DNA of 64,000 nt. Origin: an uncultured archaeon. Its GTDB lineage: Archaea; Thermoproteota; EX4484-205; JAAOZP01. Position 1 is the first letter of the stretch. Each line of letters begins with the position of its first letter. The translations under genes were made by a program, and so were the position numbers. Below, one piece after another: positions 46,577 to 56,104 of the stretch. The notes under the pieces are model-generated. The model was not told the origin of the DNA and searched no databases. It worked only from the letters and a program-made list of their open reading frames with translations. Location: assembly GCA_938045545.1 (NCBI GenBank), contig CALIBN010000002.1:100493-164492 (forward strand), in the 5' to 3' direction.

Positions 46577-47836
46577 TTGGGAGAGACCATAGTTCAGAAG
46601 CTGTTCAGGACCAGGCTAGGCAGGGCTGTTAAGCCGGGTGAAATAGTAGTAGCCGACATAGATTTGGCTTACGCCCACGATGGGACGGGGCCTCTAGCGA
46701 TAGACGCCTTCCGCGAGCTGGGTTCAAACACGGTTCACGACCCCTCCAAGATAAGATTCGTCATAGACCATGCTTCCCCAAGTCCGAACGAGGGCGCTTC
46801 AAACCTCCAGCTTAAGCTCCGCGCCTTCGCCAGGGAGAACAGCATAAGGATTTACGAGGTTGGCGAAGGAATCTGCCACCAGGTGATACCTGAGAACGAG
46901 AGTCTTAAGCCAGGCATGTTCATAGTTGGTGCCGACTCTCACACTGTAACCCTAGGCGCATTCAGCCTTTTCGCAACAGGAGTAGGCTCAACGGACTTCG
47001 CCGAGGTAATGACCTCTGGAAAACTCTGGTTCAAAGTGCCGGAGGCGATGAAGGTCACTTTAAACGGATGCTTCCAGCCGGGGGTAATGTCTAAGGATTT
47101 AATCCTGAGGATAATAGGAGATGTTGGCGCCGACGGTGCAACCTACATGAGTATAGAGTTTCAGGGGGAAGGCGTGAAAACACTGTCAATGGCCAGCAGG
47201 ATGACTGTGTGCAACATGGTTGTAGAGATGGGGGCTAAGAACGGGGTCTTCCCATTGGACGAGGTAACAGTTAAACATGTTGATACGAGTAGTTTAAACT
47301 ATAAAAGTGTTTTCAAGCCTGACGAGGATGCTGAGTATGCTATGAGCCTCAGCTACCGGCTTGACGAGCTTGAACCCGTGGTGGCAGCACCCCATAATGT
47401 TGACAACGTTAAGCCTGTCAAGGAGCTTGAAGGATTAGAGGTGAACCAGGTTTTCATAGGGTCGTGCACCAATGGGAGGGAGGAGGATTTTGAAATAGCG
47501 GCAAAAATACTTTCAAGAAAGGGGGTTAAGAAAGGCGTGAGGTGTATCGCAATACCCGCCTCCAGAAGGGTCTTCCTAAACCTGCTTAGAAACGGGATTA
47601 TTGACAAGCTTGTTTCAGCAGGATGCACAGTAACCCATAGTACATGCGGCCCCTGCCTAGGGGTTCATTTCGGAATACTTGGGTCAGGAGAAGTAGCGGT
47701 CTCAACATCCAATAGGAACTTTAAGGGCAGGATGGGTAACCCTGAGTCAAGCATATACTTAGCCAGTCCAGCGACGGCAGCAGCCTCAGCCGTTGAAGGA
47801 GTTATAACAGACCCTAGGAAGCTCATAGGAGGGTGA
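46577..47836 (+). CDS. Homoaconitase/3-isopropylmalate dehydratase large subunit
   Basis: HDGT, DH, GICHQ, GADSHT, GSCTNGR, CGPC and STSNRNF motifs. Confidence 0.95.
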   Translation: MGETIVQKLFRTRLGRAVKPGEIVVADIDLAYAHDGTGPLAIDAFRELGSNTVHDPSKIRFVIDHASPSPNEGASNLQLKLRAFARENSIRIYEVGEGICHQVIPENESLKPGMFIVGADSHTVTLGAFSLFATGVGSTDFAEVMTSGKLWFKVPEAMKVTLNGCFQPGVMSKDLILRIIGDVGADGATYMSIEFQGEGVKTLSMASRMTVCNMVVEMGAKNGVFPLDEVTVKHVDTSSLNYKSVFKPDEDAEYAMSLSYRLDELEPVVAAPHNVDNVKPVKELEGLEVNQVFIGSCTNGREEDFEIAAKILSRKGVKKGVRCIAIPASRRVFLNLLRNGIIDKLVSAGCTVTHSTCGPCLGVHFGILGSGEVAVSTSNRNFKGRMGNPESSIYLASPATAAASAVEGVITDPRKLIGG

Positions 47837-48345
47837 TAAAGAGAATGAACCTAAGAGGAAGAGTCTGGGTTTTAGGAGACCATATTAATACGGATGCAAT
47901 AATACCTGCGAAGTACAAGTTTAGAACAGGAGACTTCAAAGAGCTTGCTAAACATGTTTTCGAAGACCTCGACCCGACTTTAGCGTCTAAAATATCGAAG
48001 GGAGACATCATTGTTGCGGGAAGAAACTTTGGAATGGGCTCGAGCAGGGAGCACGCCCCCAGGGTAATCAAGGAGGCAGGGGTCTCTGCAATAGTTGCAT
48101 GCTCCTTCGCCAGAATATTCTTTAGAAATGCGATAAACGTTGGATTACCTGTCATAGAGGTCAAGGATGCTAACAAATATTTCAAAGAGGGGGATATTGC
48201 AGTAGTAGACCTTGAAAAAGGGCTTGTCAAAAACGAAACAACGGGTATTGAATTGAAGTTCTCACCCTACCCAAGCTTCATCACGGACGTGATGAAAGCG
48301 GGAGGGCTTGCCGCATATAGGAGAGGACAAGGGCGTTCTCTATAA
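47833..48345 (+). CDS. Homoaconitase/3-isopropylmalate dehydratase small subunit
   Basis: INTDAIIP, NFGMGSSREHA and SFARIFFRNAINVGLP motifs. Confidence 0.95.
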   Translation: MIKRMNLRGRVWVLGDHINTDAIIPAKYKFRTGDFKELAKHVFEDLDPTLASKISKGDIIVAGRNFGMGSSREHAPRVIKEAGVSAIVACSFARIFFRNAINVGLPVIEVKDANKYFKEGDIAVVDLEKGLVKNETTGIELKFSPYPSFITDVMKAGGLAAYRRGQGRSL

Positions 48346-48378
48346 AAATACAAAACCACGTTCTCAGCCTTAAAGACT

Positions 48379-48810
48379 GTGACTCGGATAGAAAAAGAGA
48401 ATTTCAACAGGCTTATGGATGAAGTTACAGAAGCACTCGACGAGATTAGAAGCATAGTTTCAACAGATACTGATAAATTCTATACAGATAGAAGAGCAAG
48501 ATACAGCCTGAGATATTCCGTGATAATGATAGTTGAAGCATTGGCGGATCTTTTACTATTCTTGAAAAGGATTTTAATGATACTGCTGAAAGCTATAGGG
48601 AGGCTTTCCTCAAGCTTGAAAGCATAAGGTGATAAGCTCAGATATTTCTAACAGCATGGTTAAATTAGCATCATTAAGAAATCAGATAGTACATAGATAC
48701 TGGACTATAGACGATTTGAGAATTTTCAGGGAAGCTAAGGAAACGGCGTGAAACCAGTAGAACATTTTATTGAAGAGGTGGAAAAATATGTCAAGACTAA
48801 GGATCCTTGA
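48379..48810 (+). pseudogene. HEPN (DUF86) RNase toxin, frameshifted
   Basis: RYSVIMIVEALADL, then in other frames ESYREAF and LRNQIVHRYWTIDD (Rx4H motif); several frame breaks. Confidence 0.8.
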
Positions 48811-49227
48811 AGAAGAAAAGTGTCTACCTAAGTCAATGCCTTGGAATGAAAGGGAAAAGGTGTTAGAACGTTTACAAAAACTTCTACACGGGCATCAAGA
48901 AATATTGCTAGCAGTTGCACATGGAGGATTCGTGAACTCAAATATTTTCCGAGATGTCGATATAGCTGTTTACACAGGATGTGCAGTAAGCTATGATGAT
49001 GAACCCGTATATGTTACGAGCTTATGGCGAGTTTGGAAAAGGCAATTGAACTTCCCATCGATGTTCAACTGCTTGACTATGCTCCTCCAGCATTCATAGC
49101 AGCAGCACTTAAGGGGAAACTGCTTTTTGAGAAAACCAGTGGGCTGAGAGCACTTCTGAGATTCCATGCGGCTGAAGAACTCAAAGCATTACAACTTAAA
49201 ACCCTTAAGCTCAAAATTTTCTATTAA
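48788..49227 (+). pseudogene. Minimal nucleotidyltransferase (MNT) antitoxin, frameshifted
   Basis: HGGF...RDVDIAVY, a frame change near 49015, then LEKAIELPIDVQLLDYAPP. Confidence 0.8.
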
Positions 49228-49491
49228 AAATCAAGTTAAAATTCTGAGAAAAACAGCTGAACGCCAATCTTAATTTTTGTTCCTTATATGAAATAAAATC
49301 AGGGATATCAGCCTTAGTAGCATGCTCCTTGAAGGCTGAGGACCTCCTAGAGAAGGAGGCTTGACAGTCGCGAAGATGGTCAATGCTTCTTGACTATTAG
49401 TCGAGGAAGAAAGAAATAATAATTCATCATCCATGGCATTAAAAGTGAATGAGCATGCGCGCGCAAAGCAAAACATGCAAAAGGAATAATG

Positions 49492-49998
49492 CTAAAAGTT
49501 TTCTATTAAGTCGAGTACCTTACTATAAAGCTCTACATCGCACATCCACCCGGATTCGACGAGGTGCCTCAAAGCCTCCTTAGCTTCACCTTTCTTAATA
49601 TCATTTCTCGCTAGCATTCTAACTATTATCATATAGCTTCCCTCCTTCTTCACACCATGTAGTTCAGCAACGCTTCTCGCAACAGGGTCATCGATGACCG
49701 CTATGCCATCCAGCTCCTTCGCTAGACCTATGACCTCTGCTTCCCTGGGATGAATATCTTTATGGGCAGAGATCAATTTAAGCAGGTTGCCGGAAGGCTT
49801 CTTTATCAGAATCGTTCCTCTTCTTAACAACTCCTCGGTTATAATAGCATCGTCAAATCCCTTGGCCTTCCCGTTTTCTACGACTTCAGCGTAGATGGAT
49901 GGCGTAATATACTTCTCGCCCTCAAGCCTCTCAATCATCCAAGCTAACCCTGCTTTAACCAAGTGTATCAAGGGGCTAGAGTTAAAAACGAATTTCAG
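49492..49998 (-). CDS. PIN-domain (DUF3368/VapC-like) toxin; start uncertain, antitoxin absent
   Basis: KFVFNSSPLIHL, VYAE-like IYAEV, EAEVIGLAKE and IDDPVAR motifs; only CTG at the expected start. Confidence 0.75.
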   Translation of the reverse strand: MKFVFNSSPLIHLVKAGLAWMIERLEGEKYITPSIYAEVVENGKAKGFDDAIITEELLRRGTILIKKPSGNLLKLISAHKDIHPREAEVIGLAKELDGIAVIDDPVARSVAELHGVKKEGSYMIIVRMLARNDIKKGEAKEALRHLVESGWMCDVELYSKVLDLIENF

Positions 49999-50009
49999 GT
50001 CGCTCCCCG

Positions 50010-50793
50010 TTTCATTGAGAATGAGAATGCAAGCATGCATTCCTCCCCCGCTCATGTGAACGGTGAGCCCATAGGTTGGTAGGGACCTGTTTGCTAGGTT
50101 GTAATATATTAGATAAAGATTCAGTAGAACTGTGGCAAAATCGATGCACACGCCTCTTTTTTGCTCAAAAATGGTAGAGAGAAGTGCAAGTCTCTTTTTC
50201 CCTGGTTCAAAATAACAACTTTTAGATATTTATCGCCCGTTGGTAATACGTCATACGTATAGTTGAACTCTTTAACAAGTTCCATTTCTCTTGCGTATGC
50301 ACGATAGTTCACCCTCTCACCCTTAAAACCACTTGCCCAAGCCTTATGTATCTTATAAAGGTCGCTCAAAAAATCCTCTTCGCTTCCGTCCCAACCGCCA
50401 GTGACGCTCTTAACGAATCGATACATTTCAGAAGAATTGTATATCAAGGAAGATTCTTTCTTAAATAACCACTCCTTAAGTTTTCTTAGTTCCTCTTCTA
50501 GCTTTTTATTCGTGGATAATAACTCTTCATATGACTTATACAGGACTGAATAGTTGGTCAGTAGCTCCTCGTAAGAATCCTTTAGAGTCGTATAGTTCTC
50601 CTGGAGTCCAACATATCTTCCTCTTAAATCCTCAAATTGTTTATGAAGTTCCTTGTAACTGCTTGTAGGTCAATGTAACTATTATGGAGCGCGTTAGCTC
50701 GCCCTGAAGTCTCACGACCGCTATGACCAAAGAGCTAATTATCGTGATTAATATGATGATTAATGCAATAGCTATTTTTGATATTTTTGGCAT
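50010..50793 (-). pseudogene. Truncated, frameshifted membrane-anchored coiled-coil plus transglutaminase-like gene
   Basis: MPKISKIAIALIIILI TM, Y..L...Y..L heptads, GGWDGS, (G)VCIDFA Cys and HACILI His across several frames; runs in frame into the PIN gene. Confidence 0.6.
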
Positions 50794-50898
50794 AGGTCGC
50801 TGATCCTAACAGTATTATTTAAATTTTTGAAAGCGCTTTTAACACATATCAAGATATCGAGGAGCCTATGATAGTAGCATTAACTCAATGGATACAAC

Positions 50899-50949
50899 CG
50901 CTATTTCTTAAGCTTCTCCACGGCCTTCCTGGCTATTTCCTCAGCCATC
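50899..50949. repeat. Direct repeat copy 1: 51-bp duplicate of the dehydrogenase 3' end
   Basis: 49/51 identical to 51733-51783; minus strand reads [15 protein letters not shown]. Confidence 0.95.
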
Positions 50950-50983
50950 CACTAGACCATGATAATAGCTAAAATTAATAAGT

Positions 50984-51229
50984 ATGCACAGCATAGTAGA
51001 ATCAAGAGTCATGAAAGAGGTTCATGTCAAGGTTCCGGAATCCGTGTCTGAAAAAGATGTTAAGGTGGCTATTGCAGTAGAAGCCTTTACGAGGGGCTTG
51101 GTCAGCATTGGAAAGGCTTCGGAGATAGCTGAAATGCCTATTCAGGAGTTTCTCATTGAACTTAGGAAAAGAGGGATAGCCGCCTACCCCTATAGTGACG
51201 AGGATGCTTTGAAGGAGCTTAGCCTATGA
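50984..51229 (+). CDS. UPF0175 family antitoxin
   Basis: AVEAFTRGLVSIGKASEIAEM...FLIELRKRGI..Y...D...EL. Confidence 0.88.
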   Translation: MHSIVESRVMKEVHVKVPESVSEKDVKVAIAVEAFTRGLVSIGKASEIAEMPIQEFLIELRKRGIAAYPYSDEDALKELSL

Positions 51230-51723
51230 GTAAAGCTGTTTTAAACTCTTCCGTTATAATAGCCTTAAGCACCTTAGGGCATCTCGACGAGATCACGCAG
51301 ATTTTCAAACATGTTCTAATCGCTAAATCAGTTTATGAAGAGGTCTGTGTCAAGGGACGTGGGTTAACTGGTGAAAAGGAGCTTCTGAAAGCCGTGAAAG
51401 ATGGTAAGATACTAGTTAAAGATGTCCATAACCGCTGGATTGTCAACGCTTTGTTAGATCCTCTTGCGATCGGCGAGGCGGAGAGTATAGCTCTAGCAGT
51501 GGAGGAGAATGCAGATTACATAGTGCTGGATGATATGCTTGCCCGCAGAAGAGCAATATCCATGGGATTAAATGTTATTGGAACCCTTAGGATTCTTAGG
51601 TTGATGTATGATGCGAAGCTTATCGGGAAAAGCGAAGTCTTAGATAGCTTAGAGAAGCTTAGGCAAGTAGGCTTTAGGATAAGCGATGACGTTATTAGGA
51701 AGGTGTTACAAGAATTACAATAA
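51226..51723 (+). CDS. PIN-domain DUF3368 toxin
   Basis: VLNSSVIIAL, VYEEV, GEAESIALA, LDD..ARR, GTLRIL and GFRIS motifs; ATGA overlap with the antitoxin. Confidence 0.9.
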   Translation: MSKAVLNSSVIIALSTLGHLDEITQIFKHVLIAKSVYEEVCVKGRGLTGEKELLKAVKDGKILVKDVHNRWIVNALLDPLAIGEAESIALAVEENADYIVLDDMLARRRAISMGLNVIGTLRILRLMYDAKLIGKSEVLDSLEKLRQVGFRISDDVIRKVLQELQ

Positions 51724-51732
51724 GCAAGATAT

Positions 51733-51783
51733 CGCTATCTCCTAAGCTTCTCCACGGCCTTCCTGGCTATTTCCTCAGCCATC
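51733..51783. repeat. Direct repeat copy 2 (current 3' end of the dehydrogenase gene)
   Basis: Matches 50899-50949; minus strand reads [15 protein letters not shown]. Confidence 0.95.
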
Positions 51784-52775
51784 TGCTGTGTTGAAGCCGA
51801 TCCACCAAGATCATAGGTAACAATCTTGTTTTCAGCTATAACATCCTCGGTTGCTGAGAAAACCGCTTTAGAAAGGTCTTTCTCGCCAAGGTAGTCGAGC
51901 ATCCATGCTCCAGCAAGAATCATCGCCGTCGGGTTAACCTTGTTCAACCCCTTGTATTTAGGGGCACTACCATGGGCTGGCTCAAACATCGCATAGTTGT
52001 CCCCGAAGTTCGCCGAATACACTAGCCCAATGTTTCCTATTAGGGCTGAAGCCTCCTCGGTGAGAATATCCATGAAAAGGTTTGTTCCAACGATAACGTT
52101 CTGGTTAAACCTCTGAGGATTCTTAACCAGCTGCTGGGCGAAATTGTCGACGAAGTAGCTTTCAACATCTATGCCCGGGTATCCTCCGCTAACCTTCATG
52201 ACCGTTGGAACAAATATTCCTCCATCCGTCAGCTTTAGAATATTAGCCTTGTTAATGACTATTACTTTCCTCCAGCCCCTCAGCCTAGCCTGTTCGAAGG
52301 CAAACCTCGCAACCTTCTCCGAGGCTGTTCTAGATATTTTCCTCAAAGCTATCCCCACATCTTCCGAAACCATGAACTCTATGCCCGCGTAAAGCCCTTC
52401 AGTGCCCTCTCTAACGAAAAGCATGTCCACCGGGCCGAGGGGGCCTTCCCGCCCCCTGAAGGTTTTAACCGGCCTAACGTTAGCGTAAAGGTTGAAAGTC
52501 TGCCTTATGGTGACTGCAACGCTCTTAGGAGTATGCGGATCCGGCAGTGTTGTCACCGGCGCCTTGTAGCAGGCGTCGCTCTCCCTTAATGCCTCCCATG
52601 TTTCATCCGGGAAATAGGTTGGCCCACCGTGCTGCTGCCACCATTCCGATCCTGCATCCCTGATGAGGAATTCTAAGCGCTCCGTTGCACCGATCGCGTC
52701 CATCACCTTCATAGCTGCCTCGGTAAGCTCCGGACCAGTGCCGTCGCCCCTGATCACGACAACCTTCTTAGCCAA
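51735..52775 (-). CDS. Isocitrate/homoisocitrate/isopropylmalate dehydrogenase family
   Basis: [41 protein letters not shown] and TYDLGG motifs. Confidence 0.95.
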   Translation of the reverse strand: MAKKVVVIRGDGTGPELTEAAMKVMDAIGATERLEFLIRDAGSEWWQQHGGPTYFPDETWEALRESDACYKAPVTTLPDPHTPKSVAVTIRQTFNLYANVRPVKTFRGREGPLGPVDMLFVREGTEGLYAGIEFMVSEDVGIALRKISRTASEKVARFAFEQARLRGWRKVIVINKANILKLTDGGIFVPTVMKVSGGYPGIDVESYFVDNFAQQLVKNPQRFNQNVIVGTNLFMDILTEEASALIGNIGLVYSANFGDNYAMFEPAHGSAPKYKGLNKVNPTAMILAGAWMLDYLGEKDLSKAVFSATEDVIAENKIVTYDLGGSASTQQMAEEIARKAVEKLRR

Positions 52776-52828
52776 GGGATCCTCGACGTTTAAAAAACAC
52801 CAGTATAAAAACTTATTCTCTCCTGATT

Positions 52829-53338
52829 CTAGTATACTCCTGGCTGCTCAGACAACTCCATGTTTTCAAACATGAACCTCCCCTTGTAGAGTTCAGAAGA
52901 ACCCTCCAGGCTCAACAGTATCAGTTGAGCAACCCTCGCCTCCTCCGCGATCCTTATGCCCTGCCTGTTGAACACCACCATCAGACCCATCCCCCTACCC
53001 TTGTACCCCGGGTCCCAGACAGCAGTGTATATGGTTGCACCATTCCTAAGCAGGCTCGACCTTGGGAGGAGCAGCCCCAGGTATCCAGAAGGAATATTAA
53101 CGATCTCGTGATAAGTAACTCTGTAGCTTCCCTGCGGCAGTTCGTAGAAACCCTTTTTAGGAATTATGTTTAGACCCTTGGAGAACCTTGGCTCAGCGCT
53201 TATCTCCCCCTCCTCGACGAGAACCTCTATTTTTTCCAGCGTCAGGTCAACACCGGCAGGCTGAACCTGCTCCTCAACGCTTCTCAAACCCTCCACAACA
53301 CCCATTTCAACCATTCTTCTACCGGATAAGGCAGGCAT
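52829..53338 (-). CDS. dUTPase / dCTP deaminase family
   Basis: QPAGVDL, PRSSLLRNG, WDPGYKG and RVAQL motifs. Confidence 0.9.
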   Translation of the reverse strand: MPALSGRRMVEMGVVEGLRSVEEQVQPAGVDLTLEKIEVLVEEGEISAEPRFSKGLNIIPKKGFYELPQGSYRVTYHEIVNIPSGYLGLLLPRSSLLRNGATIYTAVWDPGYKGRGMGLMVVFNRQGIRIAEEARVAQLILLSLEGSSELYKGRFMFENMELSEQPGVY

Positions 53339-54176
53339 TAGGGTCATCCTCCGCTGAAACCCTGTATCCCGCTCCCACTGCTACAGCATACTCAGGCATC
53401 TTAGGCACCATGGGTTTAACGCCGAAGCTTGAAAGAGCCCTTTGAATACTCTTCAAAACGGGCGGCAGCTTCGCAACCCTCCCCACCAGAATAACCTTGT
53501 CCTCTAGCTGAAGCTTCGAGGCGGCGAGAAACGTTACTGAAGCCACCACTTCCCCAACTAGATTGGCTATTCCAGCAGCCAGGTCCTCAGGGCTGGAAGT
53601 GTCTCCAACCCTTCCTAGGTTTGACGCGGTCATCTCAGCTGAGAGTATGCCTATCCCATCGCCAACTAGCTCGCCAACAGTCAGGTCGACTCTTCGAGGA
53701 TCCCCCTTCTCAGCCATCTCCACCAGAATCCCTATGCTCGAGATCCCGAGCATCTTCCTCGCGAGCCCTAGCAGAGTACCCCCGCCCACGCCTGTTCCGC
53801 CGATATGTCTTATTCTCTTCCCGTTTTCCCTCACCTCTATGAGCGCTGTGCCAGTGCCCATGCTTACGACCAGGGCCTCATCCAACCCGGTTAACACTAT
53901 CCCACCTGTTCCCGCGGCGACGATCTCGTTAACCTTCACTACCCTAAGTCCGAGGATACTGTCTGGAAGCTGACTGCTCCTGCCGCCAGCTATCGCTAAT
54001 ACTTCAACATCCTTAAGAGAACAACCCATCATAACTATAAGTTTTCCAAGAAGCCCTATGGAGGTGGCAAGGGGGTCTGAAGACGGCATCTCGCTAACGC
54101 CAAGTACCTCCTTCCCCTTTAAGGCGACGGCTTTCGTCGTCGAGCCTCCGATGTCTATTCCAATAGCGATCTTCAA
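53319..54176 (-). CDS. Type II (fumble/CoaW-like) pantothenate kinase
   Basis: GIDIGGSTTK, VNE, SMGTGT, GGTGVGGGTLLGL, GD...VDLTV and ASNLG motifs. Confidence 0.85.
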   Translation of the reverse strand: MKIAIGIDIGGSTTKAVALKGKEVLGVSEMPSSDPLATSIGLLGKLIVMMGCSLKDVEVLAIAGGRSSQLPDSILGLRVVKVNEIVAAGTGGIVLTGLDEALVVSMGTGTALIEVRENGKRIRHIGGTGVGGGTLLGLARKMLGISSIGILVEMAEKGDPRRVDLTVGELVGDGIGILSAEMTASNLGRVGDTSSPEDLAAGIANLVGEVVASVTFLAASKLQLEDKVILVGRVAKLPPVLKSIQRALSSFGVKPMVPKMPEYAVAVGAGYRVSAEDDPNACLIR

Positions 54177-54227
54177 CCGTATACTAGCAGTGTGGAGGCA
54201 GTTTTAACCTTTTACGCAGCCCTGTTT

Positions 54228-55010
54228 TCATTCAACGGGCTTGAGAAAAGGATAAGCCCTATATATCAAGTCTAGCACTGGAGGCACCACCAGTATGAAT
54301 GGGATTTCTGTTCCGAAGACCCATAGGAAGAAGTAAAAAGCCAAGGCGAGGTCCGCCTTAACCCCTGTTAAAGGCAGGCCGAACAGCTGACTGTAAAACC
54401 ATATGCCTAAGCCTATCCAGGCGGCACCTGTGAGGAGGCCGAGTGTCCCGCCAACATAGTAGTTCAGATAGTCCTTCCTAATCCTGCTTGCAGTAAAACC
54501 CAGCGTGAACACGGCGACCCCGAGGACCAGTAGAACAGTGGAAACCCATCCCATACCGTTTACAACCATTCCTATTGAAACCATGTATTCAAAGTATAGT
54601 AAAGGACCGAAGGCTGCGACTGCGAGCATGGTTAAAGGAATAATGGTCTTTAAGCCATTCCAACTCACCCTGGACCTGCCTATCCTGCCTAGAATGTAGA
54701 ATCCTAGGAAGTTGGAGGGTACTCCAGCGATAAGGCTTAGAAGAGGATTAGTCTGCCCAGTAGCGTAGAAGACGTACAGGTCGCTCAGGAAGATCCCTAT
54801 TGCCGCACCCATCCCCCCTGTTAAAGGGTCGAAAAGCATTGAGAAGATCGCTGGCACGAATACTGACGGCCAGAACCTCACCACGCCTACGACAGGCGTG
54901 AAAACCCCTAGAAAGGTGGCGATCCCAACTACGGTGTAGAGCGCGGCGCAGAGGCCTGTTGCCACAACCCTTCTCGCCGCCGGTATCTGAACACTGTTCT
55001 GCGAGACCAT
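54228..55010 (-). CDS. ECF transporter S component (candidate pantothenate uptake)
   Basis: Multi-TM; VRFWP...P.IFSMLF.P..G..GAAIG.F.SD and GVPSNF motifs; upstream of the kinase. Confidence 0.75.
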   Translation of the reverse strand: MVSQNSVQIPAARRVVATGLCAALYTVVGIATFLGVFTPVVGVVRFWPSVFVPAIFSMLFDPLTGGMGAAIGIFLSDLYVFYATGQTNPLLSLIAGVPSNFLGFYILGRIGRSRVSWNGLKTIIPLTMLAVAAFGPLLYFEYMVSIGMVVNGMGWVSTVLLVLGVAVFTLGFTASRIRKDYLNYYVGGTLGLLTGAAWIGLGIWFYSQLFGLPLTGVKADLALAFYFFLWVFGTEIPFILVVPPVLDLIYRAYPFLKPVE

Positions 55011-55120
55011 TCTGCCCACCGGTTTTCCAAGCCCAAGTATAAATGTACCGTATTGATTTTATATAGTGTAAATAAAAATTCAAAAAGTATATATTTTCTC
55101 TTTCCAGTAAATACTTAACG

Positions 55121-56104
55121 TTGGTCTGGAAAAGAAAAGTCTTGAAAGCGGGCTCAAGCTCACTCCTAATAACGCTTCCAAAAAGCTGGGTTAAGCAGAG
55201 CAAGATAGACAAAGGCGCGACCCTAACCATGGTTAGCAACAAGGACGGATCTCTAACGTTAATACCAGAGGGAGGAGGGAGGCTCGTGGAGGAGGTTGCA
55301 AAAATAGACCTTTCCAGTAAGGAGTTGAAGCCGCAGCACGTCCTGCTCGGAAGCTATTTGCTCGGCTACAACACGATAATCATTAGAAGCGAGGAGGAGT
55401 TTTCAACGGCCGAAATATCGGAAGTACGTAAGACGGTTAGGAGACTGCCCGGGGCAGAGATATCCGAGGAGACTTCAAGCCAGATCGAGGTTAGGGTTCT
55501 GCTCGACCCGGAGATGATTACTCCGGAGAAACTTGTAAGAAGGCAGAGTGCTCTTGCCGCAAGCATGATGTCCGATTGTGTTAAAGCACTGGTGAGGATG
55601 GATAGGGAGCTTGCGGAGAGAGTTATCGAGAGGGATGAGGAGGTTGACAGACAGTACTTCATACTCGTAAGGGTGATCAGGTCTGCTTTAAGAAACCCAG
55701 AGCTTCCGGCTAAGATGGGGATGGACTTCCTAAACCTGATGGACCTCAGAATGCTGGTGAAATATGTCGAGGACTCCGCGGACCAGTGTGTCCAAATATC
55801 CCGGGAGGTTGCGAAGATGCACGGCAGGGTTAAAAGGATAAGCCTAGCCGGGTTAAGCAGCATAGGTGAAACACTGAGCGATATGCATACTAAAGCGGTA
55901 GGGCTTTTCAGCGTTTTTAACGCAAGCGTTATGAACGAGATAATGGGGAAGCATGCTGAGGTTGAGGAGAAGCTTCTTAGCCTAGAGGAGAAACAGGATT
56001 ACAGGCCATACGCCACCAGCCTGGTTAAAGTCTTCAACAGCCTTGTGAAAATACTTGAAAACATCAAGGATATTGTGGAGCTTGTTTCAATAAAGGCGTT
56101 TTAA
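55121..56104 (+). CDS. Phosphate uptake regulator (AbrB N-domain plus PhoU domains)
   Basis: RKVLKAGSSSLLITLPKSWV, YLLGY, ERDEEVDRQYF and EDSAD motifs. Confidence 0.9.
   Translation: MVWKRKVLKAGSSSLLITLPKSWVKQSKIDKGATLTMVSNKDGSLTLIPEGGGRLVEEVAKIDLSSKELKPQHVLLGSYLLGYNTIIIRSEEEFSTAEISEVRKTVRRLPGAEISEETSSQIEVRVLLDPEMITPEKLVRRQSALAASMMSDCVKALVRMDRELAERVIERDEEVDRQYFILVRVIRSALRNPELPAKMGMDFLNLMDLRMLVKYVEDSADQCVQISREVAKMHGRVKRISLAGLSSIGETLSDMHTKAVGLFSVFNASVMNEIMGKHAEVEEKLLSLEEKQDYRPYATSLVKVFNSLVKILENIKDIVELVSIKAF

Noticed and set aside
49270-49476. 68-aa ORF inside the TA islet
   Set aside because: No recognisable family; probably decayed sequence
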